In this document: positions 23,404 through 34,946 of the stretch, piece after piece
How the letters are laid out: the number at the start of each line of letters is the position of its first letter
How positions within the stretch are numbered: position 1 is the first letter of the stretch
NCBI GenBank assembly: GCA_043228905.1
Contig: JBHGNT010000001.1
Span: 9,176,001 to 9,240,000, forward strand
DNA length: 64,000 nucleotides
DNA from: Azolla caroliniana
Lineage: Eukaryota > Plantae > Polypodiophyta
Direction: 5' to 3'
Notes under the pieces: model-generated
What the model was told of the DNA's origin: nothing
Databases searched by the model: none
The model's input: the letters and a program-made list of their open reading frames with translations, nothing else
Program-made: the position numbers and the translations under genes

Positions 23404-26400
23404 TGTTGAAGACAAGGCCGTCAATGCGGAAGATCAAGTAGCATTCGATTCGAGTTGAGTACCTGCGTATGACAGAATCGAAGATCGTGCACAGAGATAG
23501 AGAGAGAGAGAGAGAGAGAGAGGAGGCACAAAAGACTCTTTCTATTCAATAGAAACAATAATACAACCAACCTTACAAAAAGGTTACTAGGTCACTTTAT
23601 ATAGTGACAAACTTAGGGCAACTACCATTTATGCTAATTACACAAATGGCCCAAACTTGAGCTATACAAAGGGATAGTGTGAATACGTCCATTATACACT
23701 TGTATTCGACACTCCCCCGTAATGGGCGTATACATGGGTTATCTAAGATTACAGGTATAAACCTAGGTTCTCGGACATATCAGTTTTGTTCGAGTCGGCA
23801 GGGTCCGAAGGCAGAAGACCGGACTGGTCGGGTCGGAAGAGTTGAAGCCGATCATTAAGGAACTGATGTCGGTTGTCTGAAACCATCCTGCGCTGTGTCC
23901 GGCTCTAACCGGACTGGTTTGTCGTTACGCCCATCTGATGCCGAAGGGACCGAAAGCGGTCTGCCGAAAGACACTTGGTCATTCCATCTGCGACATTGTC
24001 GGTTGTGGATATTTTCTCTAGACCGATTTTCCCTGAAATGACGCAGTCCCGAACGAAGTGATATCGAACGTCGATATGTTTGGAGGCGTTGTGGTGAACC
24101 GGATTTTTCGACAAGGCAACAGCACCTTGACTGTCGCTATAGACAACTGGGGCCGAGTCATGGTCGACTTGTCGAAACGTGTGCGCCAGCCGGCCGAGCC
24201 ACAAAGCTTCTTTTGCAGCGTCGGACGCAGCTACATATTCTGCTTCGGTCGTTGAGGTCGCTGTGCACTCCTGAAGTTTCGACTTCCACGAAATTGCTCC
24301 ATTGCCGAATTTGAAGCAGTATCCAGTTGTTGATTTCCGACTGTCTATACAGCCGGCGAAGTCCGAGTCGGTGTAACCGACTACGCCTGAGGTTGAGTTC
24401 GGACCGAAAAGAATGCCGTGGTCTTTTGTGCCAGCCAGATATTTGAACACATGCTTGACTGCGTTCCAATGCGATCGGCCAGGATTGTGCATAAATCTGC
24501 TAACGACTCCTACGGCATGAGAAATATCAGGCCGTGTCGCGACCATCAGGTACATAAGGGAGCCGACTGCCGGTGCATACGGTACCGACTTCATATCTTC
24601 CCCCTCCGGACCGGATGTCGGGCAGTCTCGCTGAGAGAGCCGAAGATTCATGGGGAGCGGGGTTGAAGCAGATTTGGCTGATTGCATGTTGAAGCGTTCC
24701 AAGACACGTCCGATATAGTCGGTCTGAGACAAAAAAAGATGTCGTTTATCGCGATGCCGACTAATCTTCATGCCAAGTACGTGTCGTGCCGGCCCGAGGT
24801 CCTTCATGGCAAACTTCAACCGCAATTGCCGAATGAGATCGGCAAGTTCGCCTGCGTGGCGTCCAGAAATTAGCATGTCGTCCACGTAAATGATGAGGAA
24901 GATGGGTGATCCATCTTGAGCTGTGTTGGTAAAAAGACAATGGTCCTCATCGCTTTTTGAGAAGCCGATCGATTGGATGAAGTCGTCGAACTTCTTGTAC
25001 CATTGTCGCGGTGCCTGTTTGAGGCCGTATAGACTCTTCCTGAGTCGGCAGACTAGATGTTCTTGGCCAGTTTCCACGAAGCCTTTTGGCTGCTCCATAT
25101 AAATTTCCTCTTCAAGATCACCATGGAGGAAGGCTGTTTTGACATCTAGCTGAATCAGCTCCAAGTTGTCGGCTACCACTACGCCGAGTAGAAAACGAAG
25201 GGTTGTCATTTTCACCACTGGTGAAAAAATCTCGTCGAAGTCGACGCCATATTCTTGTCGGAAGCCCTTCGCAACTAATCTGGCCTTGTACTTTGGGGTG
25301 GTCGAATCAGACGTCTCTTTTAGTCGATAGACCCACTTGCAAGGAAGAGCACGTCGATTCTTAGGTAATTCGACCAGATCCCAAGTCTTGTTTGCCCGAA
25401 TGGAGTGCATTTCCGACTCCATCGCCAGATGCCAGGTGGCTGAATCGACAGATGTCGATGCTTCTTCGTAAGACGTCGGTTCGCCGGCGTCGGTGAAGAA
25501 AATTCCAGGAGAATACCTCTCCGGAGGTTGCGACAGTCTCTCGGATCGTCGAGGTATGATTGGACTGGTCGTATCGGGTATCGAGGTCGGATGGTCCGAA
25601 AGCGAGTTATTCTGCTGTGCCGAGTCAGAGTTGTCCGAGTCGGTAGTGTAAGGTTCAGCTACCCGTGAAGCTGACCGTGTGTTAAGAGCGGGGCCTTCTT
25701 GAAGGGTCGGCACATCGGAAAATGTTACCCTTCGGACTTCGATCGGTGTTTCGACTGATGGATTCATAGCCGACTCGTTGAACACAACGTCCGAACTTCG
25801 AACGATTTGTCTGCGTTCGGGGTCCCAGAGTCGGTATCCCATTTCGCCGTCTGATCCATATCCAAGGAAAATGCATTTCCTGGACCGAGGTGCAAGTTTT
25901 CGGCGATCATCTTTCGAAATAAGGGCGTATGCCTCGCATCCGAAGATCCTCAGCTTGTCGTAATTCGGCTTACTGCCGATCCATAGTTCCTGAGGTATTT
26001 GAAGTCCTAGAGGTCTGCTTGGCGACATATTGATTATGTGTACTGCCGTGAGTAGAGCCTCTGCCCAGAAGCCATCCGACAGTCCGGAGTGTTGGAGCAT
26101 GGAAACTATCCGTTCTTGGATTGTCCGATTCATGCGTTCTGCAATCCCGTTTTGCTCCGGACTGTGTGGTGCCGTAAATTCACGTCGGATGCCGCGTTGT
26201 CGGCAGAATTTGACGAATTCTTCTTATTTGAACTCTCCCCCATTGTCGGTCCGAAAGCATTTCAGTTTTCGGTCAGTTTGATTTTCTACCATAGCGAGCC
26301 AATCGGAGAAGATCGAGAAGACACGATCTTTGGTGCGAATTGGATAAGCCCACACCTTTCGAGTCGAGTCGTCAATAAAACTGACGAAGTAAGAGGCACC

Positions 26401-28817
26401 GCCGAGAGACTGATGCGGCATTGGGCCACAGACGTCCGAGTGGACTAAATCGAGAGGTCTCGTTTCTCTTGGTGCTGATGTCGGGTGTGATGCGGCTGCT
26501 TGTTTGCCATACTGGCAATGTTCGCAGAATTGATGGTCCGAGAAGGAGAGTTTAGGGATGTATCCGGCTCTAGATAGGTGTGTAATGCCGGCCTTGCTGA
26601 GGTGTCCTAATCTTCTGTGCCATAGTGATGACACAGGAATATCCACCAAAAACAGGTTACCCTCTCTGAGCGTAACATGTAACGGATACAGTGAGTGTAT
26701 CTTGGGTCCTCTAGCAAGCAGGAGGTTCCCCCTGTGGAGTGTCCACCCTCCCGAAGAAAAACCGGCACGAATGCCGTCTTCATCTAGTTGTCCGACTGAG
26801 ATCAATGGCCTTGAGAGCTCGGGTACATGTCGGACATTGTGAAGTACAAGTGTAGAGCCACCTGCAAGGTTGAGCTCTACTGTGCCGATTCCAATGATGT
26901 CACAGTGTTGCGAGTTGCCGACTCGAACTGAGTCGGAGTGACGGATCGTGTATTGCCGAAATTGGGATCGATGAGGAGTCACGTGAAATGACGCGCCCGA
27001 ATCTAAGAGCCATGTGCTCGATTCTTCAGTCGTGAGCAGAACTTCTGATCCGACTGGATTTTCGATTGATAGTATATTCGGGTCGTTTGGTAGCACATCA
27101 GCTGAGAAGCTGACGTAATTGATCTCCTCATGCCGGCCACTCTTCTTGTCTGATTTCTGAGACTTGTCGTTCTTGTTCTTGAGTGCGCGGCAGTCGGCTT
27201 TGATGTGTCCGGGTTTCTTACAATAGTTGCAGATTCGATTATCCCGTGATTGGCTTCGTCTTTGCTGATTGTTTGGCTGCCGTGAGGAATCTCTTCCTCG
27301 TATGTTCGATCGGTCTGTCGAACCTTGTACTACATAAGCGTCGTCTGTTGAGTCTTTGGCGAAAGACTTTCTCCGAGCTGCTTCGGTCAGGATTGCGCTC
27401 GTGACTTCGGAGTATTTAACAGCCGTGGTTGACGCGTTGCACACGGTTGTGACGAAAGTTTCCCATGATGAGGGAAGGCTGCTCATGAGTATCATTGCTC
27501 TGAGTTCATCCTCGATTGCCGTCCCCTGAGATGAGATTTGGGAGCTTATGCTTTCGTACTCATTGAGATGTGCTTGAACCGAATCTGATTCCTTCATCCG
27601 CAAGTTGTAGAGGCGCCGGATCAGAAACATCTTCGTTGCAGCGACCTTCTTTTCGTAGGTGTCCGACAGTGTTTTCCACAGTTCGAATGCTGTCGTACAC
27701 GATTGCACCGTAAAGTATACCGATTCCGATAGGTGCATCCGAATCGTGGCGCGGACGATTCTGTCCAGCTTCTGCCACTCAATTGGTTTGTATCCTTCTG
27801 GAGGTTCTTCATTTTCGATGGGATCGATTTGCCCCTTGACTATGAGATAGTCCTGCATTTGCTCCTTCCAGAAGTTGAAGTTCGATCCATCGAACTTTCG
27901 TAGACTCATTTCTGACGAACCGGATGTTGATGTCATGACTCTGCCCTAAGTCGGCTACGAACTTTGGTGAAGTGCAGCGATTTGGCCCACTCAGTGTCGT
28001 TCTAGCCGAAGTTGGACACAAGTGATGTTGATTACGGAGAATCGGGGATTTGGTTCGGATTGACTACCGACAACTGTCTTAGTCGAGTTGAACCTAGATT
28101 TAACGATCCGACAGTACTTCAAGCCGATTCGGTTTCGGTTGACTGCAACAGTGAGAGCAATGGAACCGACTGGTCCTTCCGATTATTGTCCAATCGAATG
28201 AAACACGAACTGGGGTTGTCCTTGAAGTCGTCGTTGTGCAGAAAGCCCACCTCAAGCAGTTACGATCAGGGAAGTAGAGTACAGCCGACTGGCTTACTCC
28301 GAGTGATGATCTAACGCAGCGAGATTCAAGCTTGTGTTTGCCTACTTTCTTCTCTGTTTCTTCGAATGACGCAAGAGGCCGAATGCTTTGCAGACTAGGA
28401 TGAAGCGAAAGGCCGAATACTGTGCAGGCTGTGATGAAGCGAAGAACCGAATGCTGTGCAGGCTGAGACGACGGCCGACAGCGGGTTGAGGGACCTAGCT
28501 CTGATACCAAATGTTGAAGACAAGGCCGTCAATGCGGAAGATCAAGTAGCATTCGATTCGAGTTGAGTACCTGCGTATGACAGAATCGAAGATCGTGCAC
28601 AGAGATAGAGAGAGAGAGAGAGAGAGAGGAGGCACAAAAGACTCTTTCTATTCAATAGAAACAATAATACAACCAACCTTACAAAAAGGTTACTAGGTCA
28701 CTTTATATAGTGACAAACTTAGGGCAACTACCATTTATGCTAATTACACAAATGGCCCAAACTTGAGCTATACAAAGGGATAGTGTGAATACGTCCATTA
28801 TACACTTGTATTCGACA
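23404..28817 (-). mobile_element. Young Ty1/copia LTR retrotransposon 'E', inserted in element B
   Basis: LTRs at 23404-23711 and 28512-28817; the only difference I found is one AG unit. 5-bp TSD CTCGT. iMet PBS at 28498-28509 and PPT at 23712-23718. Confidence 0.97.
23905..27936 (-). pseudogene. Copia E gag-pol with a single in-frame TAA in the integrase
   Basis: ORFs 27936-26224 and 26133-23905 are in the same frame, separated only by TAA at 26226-26224 (DNGGEFK*EEFVKFC). CNYCKKPGHIKADC, LDSGAS, YVDDML and RNase H motifs are intact. Confidence 0.93.
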
Positions 28818-30127
28818 CTCGTCCCCTCGCCGCCACAATCAGTCTCTTGGTCTTACGCCAGCTCCGTTGTCGACTGTCGAAGTCTCTAGATCTGGTGTGA
28901 AGGATCCTCCTCGGGCCTCCCGTCTTCCCAACCCTATCTTGGGTTTTCCTTCTCCGCGTGTCGAGAGGGTGGCTTGCTCCACACCCTCTCCCGTGGTACC
29001 GATGTACCGTGTTCCAGCCTCCTCGTAGGCCTGCCTCTTCCTCCCTTCCAGATCAGTTATCCGGAAGTCCGCTCCACCCGGTTCTCGTCCGGGTCCGTCC
29101 GTCATTCTCTAGATTGTCGGGTCCCAATCTCCTGCCGCCACCGTCAGTATCTTCGTCTTACGTCGAATCCGATGCCGACCGCCGAAGTCTCTAGCCTGGT
29201 GTGAGGTGACCCATAGGACCGGTCTTCGTTCTCTGCTTCTGTTTCTCCCCGTCGTTGTTGATCCCTTCCTTACGCTTCCCTACCATCTCCCTTCTCTTTT
29301 GGACTCACGTTGCCTTGTTGGCTTGAACTACCGAAGTCTCCGGTCAAGATGTGAGGTTACCGATTTCGTAACATCCTTCGGCGACTTGTCCTAGGCCACC
29401 GACCCTTTTAGTGGTGTCGGTGGATAGCATCCGCTTTGTAATCAATTAAGCCTGCCTAGGCTTGATTCTCCAATGTCCGGAGTTTCGGCTCCGATGCCGA
29501 TCCTACCAGACGCGTTTCGAACCCTTGATCACCTCCCTCCGATTCCCGACCTTCGCTCGATCGGTCTTTCTCCCCATGTAAAAGAGGGCGGCTTGTTCCA
29601 CGCCCTCTCCCGTATCAACACCTTCATGCCGATTTTGGCCCCGGTCGAACAATCTACGACCGGATCGCGCTCCACCCGAATCGGAGTGCCGCGCGGTTAG
29701 CTCCCCGGTCGGGTCGTTTCTTGGTCTTTTCGTCGACCTTCTCGTGGGCCATTTCCCATCCATCTTCGCTGGCATCGTGCCAGGACTCCTCGATACCGTC
29801 ATCCATCTCCTCGGTCTCACATGGGCATAAGGGCCCGAATGCGGAGTTCTCCGGATTTGGCCCCGAGGGCTCTTGTTCGTTCCTTCCCCGCATCGTCTCG
29901 CCGGTGATTCTCGGTCTCACGCCACCGCCTTCCTCCTCTTGGGACTCACATGGGCACTCCAGCCCGACTGCCATCGTCTCGGGAGCAAGTGTGGGAAGAC
30001 ACGAAGAATCGCCCGTCCGTTTTATGCCCTTGTCCGTAGCCACCGATTCCTCGTGGTTGGTGGTCGTCCCCTTACCAATCGCGCAAGCCCCGCCTAGGCT
30101 TGCTTCTCCAATGTCCAGAGTTTCGGG

Positions 30128-31081
30128 CTAACGTGCCCGAAACCGCCGGTCCCAACGTTTTGATCCTGTGATCGGTATCTCGGCCTCATCCTCGTTCGTT
30201 CTATCTCCGCAAGTCGAAAGGGCGTTTTGTTCCACACCCTCTCCCGTGGCACCGTCGTACCGATCTTCTACCATCTCGTGGGGCAAGTTCGTCTCCTCGG
30301 CATCGGCTCGCGGCCTCGATCTTTCCTCTTCCCCGAGCATTGCCTCGAGAGCTGCGTACGCCTCCGCAATCCTGGCCCCGAAGCCGAGCCTTGCCGACTC
30401 TCTTTGCCGTTCGGCCTCTTCCCGTTGTGATGGCACGCCGTCGCGCGCCTTCCTCCTAGCCTTCTTGGCTTGCTCGTCATCCAGCTGTTGGCATACCCTT
30501 CCGACCTTCAACCAGTCCTTCGTAAGGCCATTCGCTCCGTCCTCATCTTCGAACTCAATCCCGATGGCCTCCTGTTCCGCTTGGTCGATCAACTTAACGA
30601 ACAACAGGACTTTGTCCGCCCCTACCAAACCTTGTTCCCGCTCCGGGAGCGGAGCAAGCCGTCGCTCGAACTCTCGGAATGCCTTCATTGTGCCCCAGTA
30701 GGTCTTCGCCGATGCCACCCACTGGTCGAAGCCACGTCGTCCCCGGCTCTTCTGTCATCCTCCATATTCCTACAAGAGCGCCTCTTCGAAGGCCTCCCAC
30801 GAACCATGAGCTTCTCGGAGCTCCTTCACTTCCGCATGCATACGAACGACGACGACCCGATAGAAGAACTCCAACCTCAACGCCTCGTCTATGTCTCGCT
30901 CCTCCATTTCCACGTTGTAGGCTTCCAAGTAGAATGGGACTCTGTCCCCATTGAAACGGCCGACTCTTTCGACCACTCGCTCAACAGCTTGCTGCGCCGC
31001 CTCTCTTCTCATTGTTGCTCGTCCAAACTCCCTCACCGCTTCGACAAAATGTTGTGCGAAGTCGTCTTCTTCCAACTCCAT
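30128..31081 (-). pseudogene. Gag-like frame of element B
   Basis: VGRFNGDRVPFYLEAYNVEM...WEAFEEALL...FREFERR...KVLLFV is collinear with gypsy A gag. Two in-frame stops near 30755-30772. Confidence 0.8.
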
Positions 31082-31096
31082 TCTCCCTTGCCGTCG

Positions 31097-31114
31097 TTCA
31101 CGTCGGGTTCACCA
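31097..31114 (-). promoter_or_regulatory. Primer-binding site complementary to plant tRNA-Trp
   Basis: Plus strand TTCACGTCGGGTTCACCA matches the 3' 18 nt of plant cytosolic tRNA-Trp as I recall it. It lies 4 nt from the 5' LTR. Confidence 0.85.
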
Positions 31115-31118
31115 AATA

Positions 31119-31334
31119 TGTCGTGTTGCTACGCTCGTGCATGTGGAAAGGGGCGGAACCACGGGGGTCTCGAACAAGGGAGCTCGGGAGACAAGAAAAC
31201 CGACTACGGACACGTCTCGGAGGCAACCGAACAAGAGAGAGAGAGCTTGAGCGCGCTACACCGACTCTTATGCACGAAAAACAGAAAGGGGTGGAAACAC
31301 CCGACACTACCAGAGACGCGGATGTGCACAACCA

Positions 31335-31369
<35 letters not shown>

Positions 31370-31811
31370 CAATGGAAGAGATTCAACCCCGGCTTCGAGC
31401 CGGACCAAGGTAGGGTAGGTTGCAACGGCAGTCTGCTGCCAAGCCGCCGATCAGGGAGCTCTCGGGCTCGTCACGCCGAGCAGGGTATTGCACAGGGGAC
31501 TGAGCAAAAGTAAACCCTAAACAGACACGAACTCTCAACCCACACGATGATGAAGAAGATGAAGGAGAAGAAAAAAGAAACTACCTAACCCTAAATCTAA
31601 CGGTATACCCTCCTAACTCAAAATGGGCAACCCCATACAAGAGACCCCTCCCTTCCTTTTATAGCCCAAGGAGGGAGAGACGTTACAATGTGGGATCAAT
31701 ACTCCCCCTTATTCTATACACCGTTTCCTACTTTACACGTGCACATGTTGCACACCACCGACTTGCCTGTTCCACCCCGATTTCACACTATAGCCGAAAA
31801 TCTTCATAACA
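31119..31811 (-). repeat. 5' LTR of element B (693 bp)
   Basis: TGTCGTG...CTTCATAACA, a direct repeat of 21138-22129. Confidence 0.92.
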
Positions 31812-32029
31812 TCATATTTGTAGACCTCAAGGAACCAAGTGATGTCCTCGCCATTAAATTTGCTTATCCTTCCTATGACCGTTTGTACGGCGAGCGTTAA
31901 CTCACTTTCCATCCGGTTCATCACACTTTGTTCTTGAAGCATCCGATTCATCATCGTCATCATGAAACTTGCCATCTCTTCATTGAAGCCCTTGTTTGTC
32001 ATCTTTGTGTTGGCACCGTTATCCGCCAT
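31812..32029 (-). pseudogene. Gypsy A gag N-terminus
   Basis: MADNGANT...VIGRISKFNGEDITWFLEVYKY, from ATG 32029. Confidence 0.75.
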
Positions 32030-32075
32030 CTTCTTTGATTTTCCGACCTCCTCTTTGGAAAACTTTAACTCCGAA

Positions 32076-32269
32076 ACTCCCCTTTTGACATAATTACATT
32101 TTTGTCCCAAGTAACATTAATCCTTCCGAAGCTTGTATCTTGGGATTCTGAACTCCGATTCACGAACCGAAAATTCCTTCATGCTCCTTGTCATAAGCTC
32201 CAGATAGGAAATGTACTTCTATAGATTTTCTACATTGTTTTCACAACGTGAAGTGTCAACTTCACGACA
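32076..32269 (-). repeat. Truncated 5' LTR of gypsy A (outer ~194 bp only)
   Basis: Matches 9415-9609, then runs directly into the gag leader. Confidence 0.85.
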
Positions 32270-32964
32270 ACGTTGAACCGAGCCTACTTTTCCATCATAT
32301 CTATGTATGATGCCCGACCTTATACTTTTTTCAATGCAAAACACAACATACATGCTTATATGTGATAAATTGTTAGGGTTGTTGGCTACAAAGTATCCAA
32401 TAAATCTTCGCTCATTATCACATCGACATGCACCAAATCACAATAGCACCATGTTTGCATGTAGTGCTTAACATCATGAGCTTCTAAAATTTAGGTGGAG
32501 CATACCATTATCAACACCAACGCCTTCAAATAAACATTTTCTTAGGATCATATCTATGTGAACAAACAAAACAAGTGTCGAAGGGTTTGCCATGTTGCCC
32601 TTCCCCTCAAATTGTTCCTAGTAATGTTTATGGACCTTACGGTCGGAACAAGGAGTGCGGAATGGTCGATTATCGACGGGTAGAGGTAGACGAGGAGGAA
32701 CACCACGCTCGATTTGAGCGCACCCGAATCGAAGACGAGGTAGAAGAAAGGAGAGGGAGCCGGCATGATTAGGAATAACAAAAAGGAAGAGGGATAGGGG
32801 TTTAAACACTAAGATTGGAAACATAAACACTAAAACAAAAAACATAACCCAAAAACTAACAAACATAAAATCTAAATCTAGATACATGAACCTAAAAATA
32901 AAGTAAAGGGTGGGGTAATTAGAAAGAAATTAAAAGATAGGCTTAAAGGGAGAGGGATTAACAT

Positions 32965-32974
32965 ACTAATTAAA

Positions 32975-33014
<40 letters not shown>

Positions 33015-33094
33015 AAACATAAATAAACCTAAGATTAAAACTAAAGAGAGAGAGAGAGAGAGATTAAAACATAAATAAACCTACGATTAAAACT

Positions 33095-33140
<46 letters not shown>

Positions 33141-33172
33141 AAACATAAATAAACCTAAGATTAAAACTAAAA
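32965..33172. repeat. Tandem repeat (3 copies) with variable (AG)n tracts
   Basis: (AG)n-ATTAAAACATAAATAAACCTA(A/C)GATTAAAACTAAA three times. Confidence 0.85.
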
Positions 33173-33464
33173 TACGAGACAAAAAACATAATTAAAATTT
33201 AAAAACAAGGGTTACGGGGAGGGAAGAGGATTACCATACTAATAAAAATGAAAGAGAGAGGTGCTATTACGAACTAGAGAAACATAATTAAAACACGATT
33301 AGAATAGAGAGGGCGAGGGAGAGAAACATGATTAAAAACATGTAATTAACATTATAAATGAAAAATTACATGGGGTTTGAGGTATGGTCTTATGGCATTT
33401 CTTTGTATTACTTTTTAAGTTTCTTAATATGAATTAGTCTTTAGTCTATTTCTCTCTCTCTAAA

Positions 33465-33473
33465 CTTTGTACA

Positions 33474-33507
<34 letters not shown>

Positions 33508-33598
33508 ATTCTCACTCTTAATCTCACATTCACCCACCAATTGTATACCGTTCGCACTCCTTGTATTGACCTCACGGTCTAGAACTCACAATTCTTTG

Positions 33599-33656
<58 letters not shown>

Positions 33657-33743
33657 ATTCTCACTCTTAATCTCACATTCACCCACCGATTGTATACCGT
33701 TCGCACTCCTTGTATTGACCTCACGGTCTAGAACTCACAATTC
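33465..33743. repeat. Tandem duplication with (CT)n tracts
   Basis: (CT)n-ATAATTCTCACTCTTAATCTCACATTCACCCACC...AGAACTCACAATTC twice. Confidence 0.88.
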
Positions 33744-34558
33744 GTAGTAATGTTTACCATCACGAGTTTCCAAAGCCAAGGAAGAGCATACATAGTTGGG
33801 TATGATAGAGAGTTGGTTGTATTAAACCCAAAGTCCTTCAATTACCTTATGTTATATACCACCAAATATTACCTTAACAACAAATAGAAAACACTGTTAG
33901 TGTCCCATACCACTAAATATTACCGTATGTTATATATTGGTAGTTGAATAACATGCCTTAATAAAAGAGCGTAACCTCACCAAAACATAGTCTCAAGAGC
34001 ATCTTGAGATGTGATAATGAATGGGGGTAGCTAGTCTCCTTTATTATAACCCGACACCTAAGACTCCTAGACCATCACATGTCATAGGCCTTTAGGATTT
34101 GTCCCAAGTCCTAGGATAACATATTTCTGACTTATTCTACCCTCAAACCACTACATTTAGCATTTAGAATTGGTCCTTAAAGTTATGCATATACTAGAGT
34201 GGCACACAATCGCATTTACTATTAGTGTCATGAGAACCATCCCCACTCGTGCTTTCTTTATAATCTTAAATCAACATGGGGCCAAACACCTTCACACCCT
34301 TGTATACGATATACAGTGGCTCTTGCATTTGAGGGATCAAAGTCCCTAGTGCCGAAACATCGTTCACCCAAGCCTTCTTCTACATATTTATATACATACT
34401 TTGGATATAACAAAACGCATGTGGTTTAATTGATTACGTTGTGAATGCATTATCAATACATGTGAATGTATTATGTATGGAGGGTGTGATGATCGATCCG
34501 ATTGTTTCATCGCGTCGGAAGAGCATCATCTGCCGCCCATTTCCGATGCGTCCAAAGG

Positions 34559-34787
34559 AATGCAAATAAAAAAACCCATTGCTAAGTAAGCTACATATAC
34601 ATACATATAGCTAGCTATAACTAACTGAACATAAGAAATGCAAATAAAAAAACCCATTGCTAACTAAGTAAGCTACATATACATACATATAGCTAGCTAT
34701 AACTAACTGAACATAAGAAATGCAAATAAAAAAGACCATTGCTAAGTAAGCTACATATACATACATATAGCTAGTTATAACTAACTA
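34559..34787. repeat. ~78-bp tandem repeat (3 copies) just upstream of the SFT2 gene
   Basis: AATGCAAATAAAAAAACCCATTGCTAAGTAAGCTACATATACATACATATAGCTAGCTATAACTAACT three times. Confidence 0.9.
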
Positions 34788-34946
34788 AATATTTCTTAAC
34801 TAAACCAGCCCCTGAGCTTCCCCTGTTCCTACCTCTGCCCCTGCCCCTGCCTTTCCCCTGTTCCGGCTGCTTCCCTGTGGAGCTGTTGCTTCTTCTTCTT
34901 CTCCTTCTTCCTTTCTTTTTTGGCTTTGCTGTGGAGAGATCAGACA

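Larger units (their letters stand above)
21138..31811 (-). mobile_element. Non-autonomous gag-only Ty3/gypsy element 'B', inserted in the gag of gypsy A
   Basis: LTRs at 21138-22129 (contains the MITE) and 31119-31811. 4-bp TSD TCGT/TCAT with one transition. tRNA-Trp PBS at 31097-31114 and PPT at 22130-22140. Gag-like frame only; no PR/RT/RH/INT motifs seen. Confidence 0.88.
8593..32269 (-). mobile_element. Ty3/gypsy LTR retrotransposon 'A' (non-chromovirus, Phygy/Selgy-like), degenerate, host of nested insertions
   Basis: Termini TGTCGAGAAG...CTTCACGACA. 4-bp TSD ACGT (8589-8592 / 32270-32273). PPT at 9610-9620. Order gag-ZnK-PR-RT-RH-INT on the minus strand, in pieces that rejoin across the nested insertions. 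Confidence 0.88.

Noticed and set aside
31097-31114. tRNA-Trp gene
   Set aside because: Only the 3' 18 nt including CCA are present, right beside an LTR. This is a primer-binding site.
30470-31513. 347-aa plus-strand ORF and the many overlapping ORFs in 22-23 kb and 28.8-31 kb
   Set aside because: These are antisense or shadow frames of GC-rich gag and LTR sequence. The 347-aa frame runs through a (TA)n tract and has no recognisable motif.
33850-34412. Possible solo LTR (TGTTATAT...ATATAACA)
   Set aside because: No TSD at either candidate start and no convincing match to other LTRs in the window.
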